This document shows, one piece after another, positions 10,110-19,115 of a DNA stretch of 64,000 bases (the first letter of the stretch is position 1; every line of letters starts with the position of its first letter). The stretch spans positions 1,033,379-1,097,378 of the forward strand of contig CBDBLR010000003.1 of assembly GCA_965207115.1 (NCBI GenBank), read 5' to 3'. The notes under the pieces are model-generated. The model did no database searches. It was not told the DNA's origin and saw only the letters and a list, made by a program, of their open reading frames with translations. This DNA comes from Dehalococcoidia bacterium (GTDB taxonomy: Bacteria > Chloroflexota > Dehalococcoidia > UBA6926). A program made the translations under genes and the position numbers.

Positions 10110-12101
10110 TCAGGACATCCTGAGGTGCGCCGGTGTGCGTTGGGCACAGTAGGCGCAGGTTCCAATTGGAGTAGTTTCGCCAGTGGGTAGGGGATTCCCC
10201 GAAGCGGTGAGAATTGTTGGGGTTTTTCCAGCCTGTTCTCGCAGACGGTTCAACAAGCAGAGGGGCAGGCCGACTACGTTGAGGTAGCAGCCGTTTAGCT
10301 CAGCGACGGGGCGGAACTCCGGGTGTTGTATGCCGTAGGCGCCTGCCTTATCAAACGGGTCGCCGGTGGCAATGTAGTCCTCAATTTCCGAGTCGGTGTA
10401 AGCGCGCATTCGGCCTGTGGTGATCTCATAGCCAATGACGGGCTCGGGATTGTCACCGGGCCGGATGACGGCGATGGCGGTGATGACCTGGTGGTCTCCC
10501 TCTTTAAGCGCGCGGAGCATGTGGCGGGCCTCGTCCGCGTCTTGTGGTTTATTGAGGATGAGGCCGTCCGGGGCTACAACCACTGTGTCCGCGCCGACGA
10601 CGGGGACTGTTGCGCCTTCGGTCGCCACGGATTGGGCTTTTCTGAGGGCGAGGTCCTGGACGTAGGCGATGGGGTTAGTTTCATTGGGTACGCTCCCCCA
10701 CTTTGGCCCTCCCCCACCAGGGGGGAGGGGATCATCTTGTGCAGGCTCTTCGATGTTGGAGGCGGGGGCGAGGGCGGCGAAGGGGGTGTTTTGGTGGGTA
10801 AGGATTTCGCGGCGGCGAGCTGAGGTGGAAGCAAGGATAAAGCCATCCGACGGCATTCGGTCGAGCGTCGAAACGCTTTCTATGTGGTAGGTGTGGGGAA
10901 ACATATCGACGGGCGTGACATCGGTCAGCAGGTAGCCGGAGAGAATCAGGCGGTTCAGGTCGCGGGCGAGGGTGGCCGGATCGCAGGAAACATAGACAAT
11001 GCGGCGAGGCTGGAGTCGGCGTAAGGCATCGAGAACCTCCGGGTAGCAGCCGGCGCGCGGCGGGTCGAGGATAACGGCGTCGATACGCTCATCAAGTTCC
11101 GGCAGTGCCTCTTCCGTCTTGGCCAGAACCATCTCCACGTTAGGCAATGGCGCGAGATTAACTTCGGCGTCGCGGACGGCGGCTGCGGATTCCTCGATGG
11201 CAATGACACGACTGACCATCGGCGCGACGAGAGCAGCAATTGTTCCCACGCCGGCGTAGGCGTCAACAACAGTGTCAGAGGACGTGGGTTGGAGACGGTC
11301 CCTGACCAGAGCCATCATGCGCTCAGCCTGAGCAGTGTTGACCTGGAAGAAAGAGGCAGCGGAGACCTTGAAAGGCACGTCGAACAGCCGCTCCTCATAG
11401 GATCCCTGGCCGGTTTCGACACCGCGTTCATCGCCGCGGTCGGTAAGGGCAGGATGAACAAGTGCACCCTCGGTATTTCTGCCAATGCGGACTGCAAGCT
11501 GGCGCTCGCGGTTGGTTAGCGCGCCATCCAGTTTGTGTTTGATGTCATTAATGCGCGTGTCCATGATCAGGCATTCATCAATGGGCTCGAACCGATGAGT
11601 GTGCCAATGGGTGAATCCCACTGCTCCTTCGCGTCGCACGGTGAACCGGGCATTGTTGCGATAGTGCCAGGAGTTCATAGCAGCGAGCATTTCTGAAACC
11701 GGCGGCTCCACTACGCGGCCGATTTGTCGGATCTGATCAGCAAGGACGCTCTGCTTTATCCTGCCCTGCTCTTCATACGAGATGTGTTGGAGCTGGCATC
11801 CTCCACACGCGCCAAAGTGTGGGCAGCGGGGTTCGACACGCTCCGACGATGGCCGCAGTACCTCAACAACTTCGGCAACTATGTGTGTCGGATGCTCCTC
11901 GCGTACTTCAACAACGACGCGCTCGCCCGCGATGCCATACGCCGCCAGAACGGTCTTGCCGTCGTCACGACGTCCGACGGCCTCGCCTTGATGGCCCGGA
12001 CGCTCAAGCTCAATCGTGAGCCGCTGTGGCGGGCCCTCAGGAGTGGGAGACTTGCCGTTTCGCGGGGGAAATCGGCGGTGTTTCTTTCTGCTGGCTTTCA
12101 T
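10110..12101 (-). CDS. fusion protein: 23S rRNA (uracil-C5)-methyltransferase RlmD/RumA-like (TRAM + 4Fe-4S + MTase) fused in frame to Maf nucleotide pyrophosphatase
   Basis: N-terminal part: TRAM domain, CPHFGACGGCQLQH cluster, MTase motifs DAYAGVGTIA, DPPRAG, YVSCDP, ending ...YHIESVSTLDR. This is followed directly by MPSDGFILASTSARRREIL... (Maf/YhdE family, 248 aa) with no intervening stop. The junction codon is CGA (Arg) immediately before the Maf ATG. The start is taken at MKASRKKHRR (12101) rather than the ORF-track 12221. Confidence 0.7.
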   Translation of the reverse strand: MKASRKKHRRFPPRNGKSPTPEGPPQRLTIELERPGHQGEAVGRRDDGKTVLAAYGIAGERVVVEVREEHPTHIVAEVVEVLRPSSERVEPRCPHFGACGGCQLQHISYEEQGRIKQSVLADQIRQIGRVVEPPVSEMLAAMNSWHYRNNARFTVRREGAVGFTHWHTHRFEPIDECLIMDTRINDIKHKLDGALTNRERQLAVRIGRNTEGALVHPALTDRGDERGVETGQGSYEERLFDVPFKVSAASFFQVNTAQAERMMALVRDRLQPTSSDTVVDAYAGVGTIAALVAPMVSRVIAIEESAAAVRDAEVNLAPLPNVEMVLAKTEEALPELDERIDAVILDPPRAGCYPEVLDALRRLQPRRIVYVSCDPATLARDLNRLILSGYLLTDVTPVDMFPHTYHIESVSTLDRMPSDGFILASTSARRREILTHQNTPFAALAPASNIEEPAQDDPLPPGGGGPKWGSVPNETNPIAYVQDLALRKAQSVATEGATVPVVGADTVVVAPDGLILNKPQDADEARHMLRALKEGDHQVITAIAVIRPGDNPEPVIGYEITTGRMRAYTDSEIEDYIATGDPFDKAGAYGIQHPEFRPVAELNGCYLNVVGLPLCLLNRLREQAGKTPTILTASGNPLPTGETTPIGTCAYCAQRTPAHLRMS

Positions 12102-12160
12102 GGTCGTGGGAATCAGGGTAGCGGCCATGCAAGCGGGCAGGCAAGGAATCGGTAGCGAGT

Positions 12161-13456
12161 GTGCTAACATTAACGAAGCACAAAGGCGCGGATTCAGGTG
12201 GGGAGCAGCGATCCGTGACAAGTATCTTATTTGGCGTGGGCGACCGCCGCGATCTTGATCGCGCGGCCGAAAAAGGGAACGTGCCGTTCGACGGGATGTA
12301 CGCGGCGACGGAAGACGGTTTTTGGGCTCTGCGCCAGCGCCTCATCGAGGAAAAAGAGGCGGCCGAGGTCTCCGTGATGATTTCGCCGGGGGATCGTATT
12401 CCCCGGGTCCGGCTCATCGAAGAGCTTCTGCGCCTGGAGGCGCTGGGTGTCGAGTTGATTTCTGCGGAAGCGCGGGGACATCCGCTTGAGATCGCCCTAA
12501 CGCCGGAGAATGGCGCCGCGCCGTCAGACAGAGGACAGATTATCCGACAGAGCATGGCGCGGAAAGCGCTGCGCGGTGTCGTTTTGGGTCGGATTCCGTA
12601 TGGGTACAAGACCGGAGAACGCGGTCAATTGGAAGAACACCCCGAGGAAGCGACCGTAGTCAAAATCATCTTTGGGCTTGCGGCACAGGGCAAGGGCATC
12701 CGCGCCATCGCAGCGGAACTAAATTCACGCGGACTGCGAACACGCCGGGGAGGCGCGTGGAGCATTGTCACGATCCGTGACATGCTTCGCAATCGCGTCT
12801 ACACAGGCGCCTACAACCGGTTTGGCGCGCGTGTTGCCGGAAACCACCCTGCCTTAGTTGCATCTCCGCTGTTCAAGGAAATCCAGGAGCGGCTCGACGA
12901 GCGGGCAAAGCGCGCAGGATACGGGGCAGGAAGGCCATACCTCTTATCCGGCACAGCCATCTGCGGCTCATGTGGCAGCAATATGGTGGGCGTGACACGG
13001 CGACAGTCGTGGACACGGAATGACGGATCTTCAGGGTCCAACACCTACCGTTATTACCAGTGCGAGGCTGCGACGAACCAGGGGCGTTGTTCCTATCACA
13101 CCCGGCGGTCACGCGAACTTGATTCCGCCGTGCTGACACGGGTGGGCCTGGACGGGATTGCCTCGCGAATCGAAGCAGCGGTTGATTTACGGATAAGCAA
13201 CCTGGCCAGAGAAGCGGCAAAGGGCCGAACGCCGGCACAGGATATCCGATCGGCAGCGCAGCTGCTGTTCCATGAGGCGGGTCGGCTGCGGGACGCGACC
13301 CGGACGCACGGGAGCGCATCGGTAGCAATCGAATCTCTTCTGCAATTGACGGATGACGACATGGCGCTTCACTCTCTGTTGCGAGACGTGGTGCTCCTGG
13401 GAGTATCGCGGATTGTCGTCGGTGAGAAGGACGCACGCGTCACTCTCAGGAAGTAG
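12161..13456 (+). mobile_element. large serine recombinase-like protein (recombinase domain + zinc-ribbon), N-terminal catalytic motif not evident
   Basis: Resolvase-like segment VSVMISPGDRIPRVRLIEELLRLEALGVELISAE. Recombinase-domain segment GRIPYGYKTGERGQ...IRAIAAELNSRGLRTRRGGAWSIVTIRDMLRNRVYTGAY. Zn-ribbon CGSCGSN...YRYYQCE...GRCSYH. The canonical Y-x-R-V-S-T/S nucleophile motif is not seen at the N-terminus. GTG start. Confidence 0.65.
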
Positions 13457-13469
13457 CCGAGACTCCCCT

Positions 13470-14045
13470 TTGATTATCGGCCTGATTTCCGATACGCACG
13501 TGCCGGAGGCGCCGTTGGCAATGCCGGAGAGCGCGTTAGATGTTTTCTCCGGCGCAGGCGCAGAGTTCATCCTTCATGCGGGCGACATCTACAGCCCATC
13601 GTGCCTCGATGATCTGGAACGCGCCGCGCCAGTGTACGCCTGCGAGGGGAACGGCGATTTCTTCCGGAAAATCACGGATCCACGCATCGAACGCACACGG
13701 GTGATGGAGGTCGAGGGATTCTCAATCGGACTGACACACGGACTGGCGATCCCGGAGTTTCCGCCACACCGAACCATTGAGTCTGTGATGGGCCATGAGT
13801 TTGGACGGGCCGTAGACATCATCGTCTTCGGAGACACGCACACGGAGGAGGTCGTTACGGTCAAAGACGTGTTGTGTGTGAATCCGGGAAGTCCCACCCT
13901 GCCCCACAATCTTGATCATCTCGTCGGGACGGTGGGCCTGCTGGAAGTAAATCACGGGGAGGAGCCCAAGATCCGCATCATCCGGCTCGAAACGCTGGAG
14001 GAGCTGGACATGGCCAACCCGGTTAAGTGGTGGAGCGTCAGATAG
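13470..14045 (+). CDS. metallophosphoesterase (YfcE/MJ0936-like phosphodiesterase)
   Basis: LIIGLISDTHVPE... with HAGD and GNGD motifs of calcineurin-like phosphoesterases. A TTG start at 13470 is needed to retain the metal-binding D/H motif. Sits 14 nt after the recombinase stop. Confidence 0.7.
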   Translation: MIIGLISDTHVPEAPLAMPESALDVFSGAGAEFILHAGDIYSPSCLDDLERAAPVYACEGNGDFFRKITDPRIERTRVMEVEGFSIGLTHGLAIPEFPPHRTIESVMGHEFGRAVDIIVFGDTHTEEVVTVKDVLCVNPGSPTLPHNLDHLVGTVGLLEVNHGEEPKIRIIRLETLEELDMANPVKWWSVR

Positions 14046-14093
14046 GAATAATCGGGCTGTCTCCTTGACCGAAGGCGGGGGCGGCACGTATGA

Positions 14094-14450
14094 TTGATGC
14101 CACTTTCGCCACACAATCCACGAGGTGTTTCCATCAACTACGCAATCGTCCAGACGGGCGGCAAGCAATATCGTGTGTCCCCCGGTCAGAGGGTTTCCGT
14201 AGAGAAACTCGAGGCCGAGGAAGGGGAGGTCATTGAGCTTGACCAGGTCCTGATGATCACGAACGATGACGACATCGCGGTTGGCACCCCGACAATCGAG
14301 GGGGCGAAGGTGATCGCGGAGGTCGAGAAGCAGGGCAAGGACAAGAAGATTGTTGTCTTCAAGTACAAGTCCAAGGTGCGATATCGACGCAAGCGGGGAC
14401 ATCGGCAGCTGATCACGGAACTGCTCGTGCGGGAGATTGTTCCCGCCTAG
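14094..14450 (+). CDS. rplU: 50S ribosomal protein L21
   Basis: [17 protein letters not shown]...[19 protein letters not shown]. The true start is uncertain: GAGGTG lies just upstream of an in-frame ATC, and the ATG at 14094 would add about 19 aa. Confidence 0.8.
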   Translation: MMPLSPHNPRGVSINYAIVQTGGKQYRVSPGQRVSVEKLEAEEGEVIELDQVLMITNDDDIAVGTPTIEGAKVIAEVEKQGKDKKIVVFKYKSKVRYRRKRGHRQLITELLVREIVPA

Positions 14451-14494
14451 TCGGACGGTCTAAAGACATAGAGTTCAAAAAAGGGTAAACAGAG

Positions 14495-14755
14495 ATGGCG
14501 CATAAGAAGGGCGGCGGAACAACTCGGAACGGTCGCGATAGCCAGGGGCAGCGGCTGGGCGTGAAGCGTTATGACGGTGAGACCGTGCGAGCAGGGACGA
14601 TTATTCTGCGGCAGCGCGGGACGAAGATCTTTGAGGGAACGAACGTCGGGCGCGGTCGGGATTTCACGCTGTATTCCCTGGTCGACGGCACAGTCAAGTT
14701 CGAGCATCAGACCCGCGCCAAGAAGCGCGTAAGCGTCTATCCCGTCGAAGCGTAA
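14495..14755 (+). CDS. rpmA: 50S ribosomal protein L27
   Basis: [25 protein letters not shown]... canonical L27 N-terminus. Confidence 0.9.
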   Translation: MAHKKGGGTTRNGRDSQGQRLGVKRYDGETVRAGTIILRQRGTKIFEGTNVGRGRDFTLYSLVDGTVKFEHQTRAKKRVSVYPVEA

Positions 14756-14786
14756 GTAACGCCTTTCATTTGCGGAGAACATCACC

Positions 14787-15020
14787 ATGAAGCCCGGAAT
14801 TCACCCTGAGTACTACCAGACAAGCGTGACGTGCGCGTGTGGAAACACATGGACGACGGGCGCGACGACACCCGAGATTCGCGTGGACGTGTGCAACAAG
14901 TGCCATCCGTTCTTCACGGGACAACAGCGAATCGTCGATACGTTGGGTCGCGTTGAGCGGCTTCGCCGCCGCTACGCACAGACTACCCAGCAACAGGGAC
15001 GCCAGGACGGCCAGGCTTAA
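14787..15020 (+). CDS. rpmE: 50S ribosomal protein L31
   Basis: [10 protein letters not shown]...CACGNTW...[11 protein letters not shown]31 with zinc-binding cysteines. Confidence 0.9.
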   Translation: MKPGIHPEYYQTSVTCACGNTWTTGATTPEIRVDVCNKCHPFFTGQQRIVDTLGRVERLRRRYAQTTQQQGRQDGQA

Positions 15021-15047
15021 CTTTCGTTACGCGGCCGCCGCACAGCG

Positions 15048-15968
15048 ATGACTGAGGCTGGCCGACCGACGGCAAGCACATATGGGGGTCAGGCGCTCAT
15101 TGAGGGCGTGATGATCCGCGGGCAGACGTGTGTGAGCATGGCGGTGCGCCGTCCCAACGGGGAAATTCTTGTCGAAACACAGCCGATAGGCTGGCGCTGG
15201 GCCCGCACGATTCGCCGAATCCCGTTTGTTCGGGGCGTGATAGTCCTGAGCGAGATGCTGGTGGTGGGAACGCGGGCACTGATTTTCTCCGCCAATGTTG
15301 CCTCCGAGGAGGAGAACAAGGGTGATACGGACGAGGGGCCGGGCGGCTTGTCTTCCTGGGCGGTTGCCAGTTCCGTAGCGGTCAGTCTTCTGCTGGCCAT
15401 CGCAATATTCTTTGCGACGCCGGTCTTTGCGACGCGGCTGCTTGATTCGTGGCTGGACACGACCAATATCTGGAGCAACGTGATTGAGGGCGCGATTCGC
15501 CTGTTGATGTTTGTGGCCTACATCGGACTGATAGGGCTGATGCCGGACATACGGCGCGTGTTCGCGTACCACGGGGCGGAGCACATGACCATCCATGCAC
15601 GGGAGCATGGACAGCCACTCGACGTCGGATCGATTCGCCAATTCGGGACTGCGCATCCGCGGTGCGGTACGGCTTTCATCCTGGTTGTGCTGGTGGTTGC
15701 GATTATCGTTCACGTGTTTTGGACGCCGCCCGGGTTGGTGGATCGCGTGATTTCGCGGGTCGTTGTGCTGCCTCTCATTGCGGGGCTGAGCTACGAAATC
15801 ATCCGATTCAGCGGATTCCACGCCAATAACATCCTGGTGAAGGCAATCATCTGGCCGAATCTGCTGCTGCAGGCGCTAACGACGCGCCAGCCCGACGACG
15901 ATCAGATTGAGGTAGCCGTGAGGGCGCTGGAGGGAGCGCTGGAGGAGGACCGGCGTCTAGCCGTATAG
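15048..15968 (+). CDS. DUF1385 family membrane-associated protein (YqhQ-like)
   Basis: QALIEGVMIRG and YHGAEHM motifs characteristic of DUF1385. Confidence 0.65.
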   Translation: MTEAGRPTASTYGGQALIEGVMIRGQTCVSMAVRRPNGEILVETQPIGWRWARTIRRIPFVRGVIVLSEMLVVGTRALIFSANVASEEENKGDTDEGPGGLSSWAVASSVAVSLLLAIAIFFATPVFATRLLDSWLDTTNIWSNVIEGAIRLLMFVAYIGLIGLMPDIRRVFAYHGAEHMTIHAREHGQPLDVGSIRQFGTAHPRCGTAFILVVLVVAIIVHVFWTPPGLVDRVISRVVVLPLIAGLSYEIIRFSGFHANNILVKAIIWPNLLLQALTTRQPDDDQIEVAVRALEGALEEDRRLAV

Positions 15969-16013
15969 GTTGCCATGGCGAGTATTATTGGGGGTAAGAA
16001 TTAGGAGTTGACG

Positions 16014-17786
16014 ATGCCCTGGTCACGGATAGTCGGCGGAGCAGCGGCGGGAGCCATGGTGACGGCGCCATTGATGGCGCTGTTTTATTTGGCGAACAAG
16101 CTATTTGAACTTCCCTTCCCTCCCTACGACCTCTTCGACTGGATAACGCGTGTCCTGCCGGGGCCGCTTGTCACATTCGGGTTGGATCTGTTCATCGACG
16201 GGATGATCCTTGTCGGGCTGAATGTGGCTGATACGGCGAAGACGGCTGAGTTGGCAATCGCCCTGCTGCAATTCTTTGGTATGGGCGTTGCCGTGAGCGT
16301 TGGCGTTGCCGTGATTGCGCCGCTCCTTGAGTTGAACCTTCGTAAGGTCGGGACGGCGCTGGGAGTCATCAGTGGCCTGACATTGGGATTTATTTCACTA
16401 GTCATCGAAGGCTCAACGCTACCTCAGTTTGTCAGCCTGGTGTGGATCGTCGGGGTTTACACGGCATGGGGTTACGGGCTTGGCGTCGTGATTGAGGGTG
16501 TGCTACCGCGCACGATTGAAGAACCCCTGCCCTTGCCGATGACAGCCAGTCTCGATCCGCCGGTTGAGCCCCCGTCAGGGGATGTCCTGGAAAACATGGA
16601 GGGCGCCACAGAGCCGCCCCCGGTCGTTCACACTCGACAATACCAGGAGGCTTCGGCACAGCCGACGTGGGGACTCGACGGAGGGATGAACCGTCGTGAA
16701 TTCATCGTCCGCGTCGGGGGCGCCGCGGCGGTTATCACGGTCGCGGGATCTGTAACTGGTAATCTCATCGGCAATGCAGGCCGCGGCGGGTCAACAATCA
16801 CTATGCCGGAAGGCATGGATGAGGAAATCGCGATGGGCGGAGTCACGTCCTTCCCGAATGATGGCGCCCTCGTGATGCCTGCGCCGGGCACACGAGCCGA
16901 ATACACCGCGGTGGAGGACCATTATCGAGTCTTCATCCGGACGACGCCTACAGTTATCGACGGGGCATCGTGGGTGCTGCCCATCGGTGGCCTGGTGGCG
17001 AATCCCGTTGAGCTGTCAATTAGTGACATCCGCGACAATTACGAGCCGCGCAGCGAATTCATCACTCTCTCCTGCATCTCTAACCGCGTCGGCGGTTCAC
17101 TGATCAGCACGACGCAGTGGACGGGAGCGAGGTTCAAGGACATCCTTGCCGATGTTCAGCCACTGCCGGGGGCACGGTATGTAAACATCGAGAGCGGAGA
17201 CGGCTTCCACGAGATTGTCGATCTCGAACTCATTGACCAGGATGAGCGGATCATGCTGGCGTATTCGTGGGATGAAAGGCCAATACCGGTCGAGCACGGT
17301 TTCCCGCTCCGCATCTGGCTGCCGGACCGCTACGGCATGAAGCAGCCGAAGTGGATCACGAAGATGACAGTGCAGGAGGAATACACGGCGGGGTATTGGG
17401 TTTCGCGAGACTGGGACGAGGTGGCGCGCGTACGTGCCACGTCTGTTGTGGACACGATCTCCGATCATGCTGTCTTTGAGCGCGACGGCCAGACGTTGGT
17501 GCCGGTGGGCGGCATCGCTTACGCGGGAGCGCGCGGCATCTCGAGAGTTGAGGTCAGCGTGGACACCGGCCCGTGGCAAGAGGCGGAGCTTCGCGAGCCG
17601 CTTTCAGACACGACGTGGGTTATCTGGCGATACGATTGGCCGTTTGAGTCAGGGAACCACAGCATGCGGGTTCGCTGCTATGAGGCTGATGGGACGCCTC
17701 AGATTGAGGCCCAGATGAGGAATCGTCCGAGCGGCGCGACAGGAATACACCGGCAGGCGAAGTTCATACCGGAGTGGGATAGCTAG
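16014..17786 (+). CDS. membrane-anchored molybdopterin oxidoreductase (sulfite-oxidase/YedY-MsrP-like Moco domain + dimerisation-like domain)
   Basis: N-terminal ~170-aa polytopic membrane domain, then an RR motif (NRREFIVRVGGAAAV), then a Moco-binding core (YRVFIRTTP...FITLSCISNRVGG...TQWTGARFKDIL...HGFPLRIWLPDRYGMKQPKWITKM). AGGAG RBS before the ATG at 16014. Confidence 0.7.
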   Translation: MPWSRIVGGAAAGAMVTAPLMALFYLANKLFELPFPPYDLFDWITRVLPGPLVTFGLDLFIDGMILVGLNVADTAKTAELAIALLQFFGMGVAVSVGVAVIAPLLELNLRKVGTALGVISGLTLGFISLVIEGSTLPQFVSLVWIVGVYTAWGYGLGVVIEGVLPRTIEEPLPLPMTASLDPPVEPPSGDVLENMEGATEPPPVVHTRQYQEASAQPTWGLDGGMNRREFIVRVGGAAAVITVAGSVTGNLIGNAGRGGSTITMPEGMDEEIAMGGVTSFPNDGALVMPAPGTRAEYTAVEDHYRVFIRTTPTVIDGASWVLPIGGLVANPVELSISDIRDNYEPRSEFITLSCISNRVGGSLISTTQWTGARFKDILADVQPLPGARYVNIESGDGFHEIVDLELIDQDERIMLAYSWDERPIPVEHGFPLRIWLPDRYGMKQPKWITKMTVQEEYTAGYWVSRDWDEVARVRATSVVDTISDHAVFERDGQTLVPVGGIAYAGARGISRVEVSVDTGPWQEAELREPLSDTTWVIWRYDWPFESGNHSMRVRCYEADGTPQIEAQMRNRPSGATGIHRQAKFIPEWDS

Positions 17787-17939
17787 TATCTTCCCCATTC
17801 TGTCACCGGGTTACCAGACAATGGCCGAGCCGGTGTGATTTCGAAGCCAACCGGAAGCCTGCAACTTCTCCGCCGCCCATAAACAAGCGGCGAAACCTCC
17901 TGTGGCGTGCTAGCATCGGTAGGCAACCATTACGAAGGG

Positions 17940-18143
17940 ATGATACCGATTCAACAGATGAGTGCCACCGAAGATCAGATCAGCCATGTGGTGCAGGCAA
18001 TGAGCAGCGCCACGATTTCCTGTCCCGAATGCAAGACCCGTATCCGCTACGGCGACTACGAATGCCCTCGCTGCGGCAATGACATTGAGGATCAGCTTCG
18101 GGCGTGGGCCACATGGATGCTTGAACCCATTCGGGATCTCTAA
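17940..18143 (+). CDS. small zinc-ribbon protein (CxxC...CxxC), hypothetical
   Basis: ISCPECKTRIRYGDYECPRCGN. ATG at 17940 is preceded by GAAGGG; the ORF track begins at a GTG at 17907. Confidence 0.45.
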   Translation: MIPIQQMSATEDQISHVVQAMSSATISCPECKTRIRYGDYECPRCGNDIEDQLRAWATWMLEPIRDL

Positions 18144-18164
18144 GCAGACAGCGAATCCCCTTGT

Positions 18165-18190
18165 TATAAATACGCATATTCGTATTTATA
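18165..18190. promoter_or_regulatory. perfect 10-bp inverted repeat TATAAATACG-N6-CGTATTTATA in an AT-rich intergenic island (candidate operator)
   Basis: Read directly: tataaatacg catatt cgtatttata. It lies in the unusually AT-rich spacer 18144-18282 of an otherwise ~62% GC region, about 95 nt upstream of the 18283 gene. Confidence 0.4.
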
Positions 18191-18282
18191 GATTTGCTTT
18201 CCCGTTTTGCAATTGTGGGATACAGTAAACGGCAATGTTATCCACACGCTAAGCGGGCTTTTCCCGGGGAGGAAGAATTCAC

Positions 18283-19026
18283 GTGAACAATAACGTTCCA
18301 CTTTCTATTGCGGCGGTTGCGGCATTGGTGCTCGCAATCATCGCGGGCGGCGCGGTGTATTTCTCGCAGCAGGGAACCATCAGCGGCCTGGAGGACGACA
18401 AGGTAGCTCTTGAGAACGATAAGGGCGCACTTGAAGGACAGGTCGAGGACCTGGCGGCCATTACCGCGTTTGGCGGCGGCGTCAATGAGAAGTCGATGCC
18501 CACGTTGGATATGGGCGTCTCCCACGTCATGGATGAGGTCTTCTCATTCAGCACGGAATTCGCAATGTGCCGTGTGGACACCAACTTCACGGACTTCGTG
18601 ATGCCGACAAACGCGCTGGGTGAGATCCCGATTGATGCCCACACGTTCTATATGGCCATGGCCTCCAATAGCGTCGATAGCTATGAAATCTCCACCAACG
18701 CCGATGGCTCAACACAGATCGTTCTTCTGGGGACGCTGGATTGTTTCACGGAAGTGGACCTCACCGAGAATGCGCTGGTGCCCGACGAGTTCAAGGCAGT
18801 GCATGGCAGCCGAGTAGAGCCTGAGCCGGCCAGCTACCGCGTGACCGCCATCGACGGCGGCATGGGTGGCGGAGGCGCCGGTGACTCATTCGAGTTCACG
18901 ACATTCTTCGATCCAGGGACAGCGCCCTTCAACCACGCCGTGTTCGGGCCGGAATTCACATTCACTGGCACGATGACGTCCGGTGAGATCACTATCAAGG
19001 ACATCGAAGTCGGCAGCATGGAGTAA
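18283..19026 (+). CDS. hypothetical secreted/membrane-anchored protein (N-terminal TM helix + coiled-coil + unknown domain)
   Basis: GTG start with GGAGG upstream. N-terminal LSIAAVAALVLAIIAGGAVYF, a short coiled-coil, then Gly-rich GGMGGGGAG. No family recognised. Confidence 0.5.
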   Translation: MNNNVPLSIAAVAALVLAIIAGGAVYFSQQGTISGLEDDKVALENDKGALEGQVEDLAAITAFGGGVNEKSMPTLDMGVSHVMDEVFSFSTEFAMCRVDTNFTDFVMPTNALGEIPIDAHTFYMAMASNSVDSYEISTNADGSTQIVLLGTLDCFTEVDLTENALVPDEFKAVHGSRVEPEPASYRVTAIDGGMGGGGAGDSFEFTTFFDPGTAPFNHAVFGPEFTFTGTMTSGEITIKDIEVGSME

Positions 19027-19059
19027 GTGCGGACAACGCGTTCCACTTCTTAGGCAACA

Positions 19060-19095
19060 GAAGGGGCGGCCTAATGGCCGCCCCTCTTCTATGTG
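19060..19095. terminator. bidirectional rho-independent terminator between convergent genes
   Basis: Perfect hairpin AGGGGCGGCC-TAAT-GGCCGCCCCT (19062-19085) followed by CTTCTAT on the + strand. Sits between the 18283 gene (+) and miaB (-). Confidence 0.6.
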
Positions 19096-19115
19096 CCTTG
19101 GGTAATGGTTGGAGG

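Noticed and set aside
12016-12258. 80-aa plus-strand ORF upstream of the recombinase as a candidate missing catalytic N-terminus reached by frameshift
   Set aside because: Its translation has no YxRVST-like motif, so it does not rescue the recombinase N-terminus. It overlaps the RlmD N-terminal coding region in antisense.
17787-17906. Hairpin CGCCGC-N10-GCGGCG in the spacer after the Moco oxidoreductase
   Set aside because: It has only a short stem and no T-tract on either strand, so it cannot be called a terminator with confidence.
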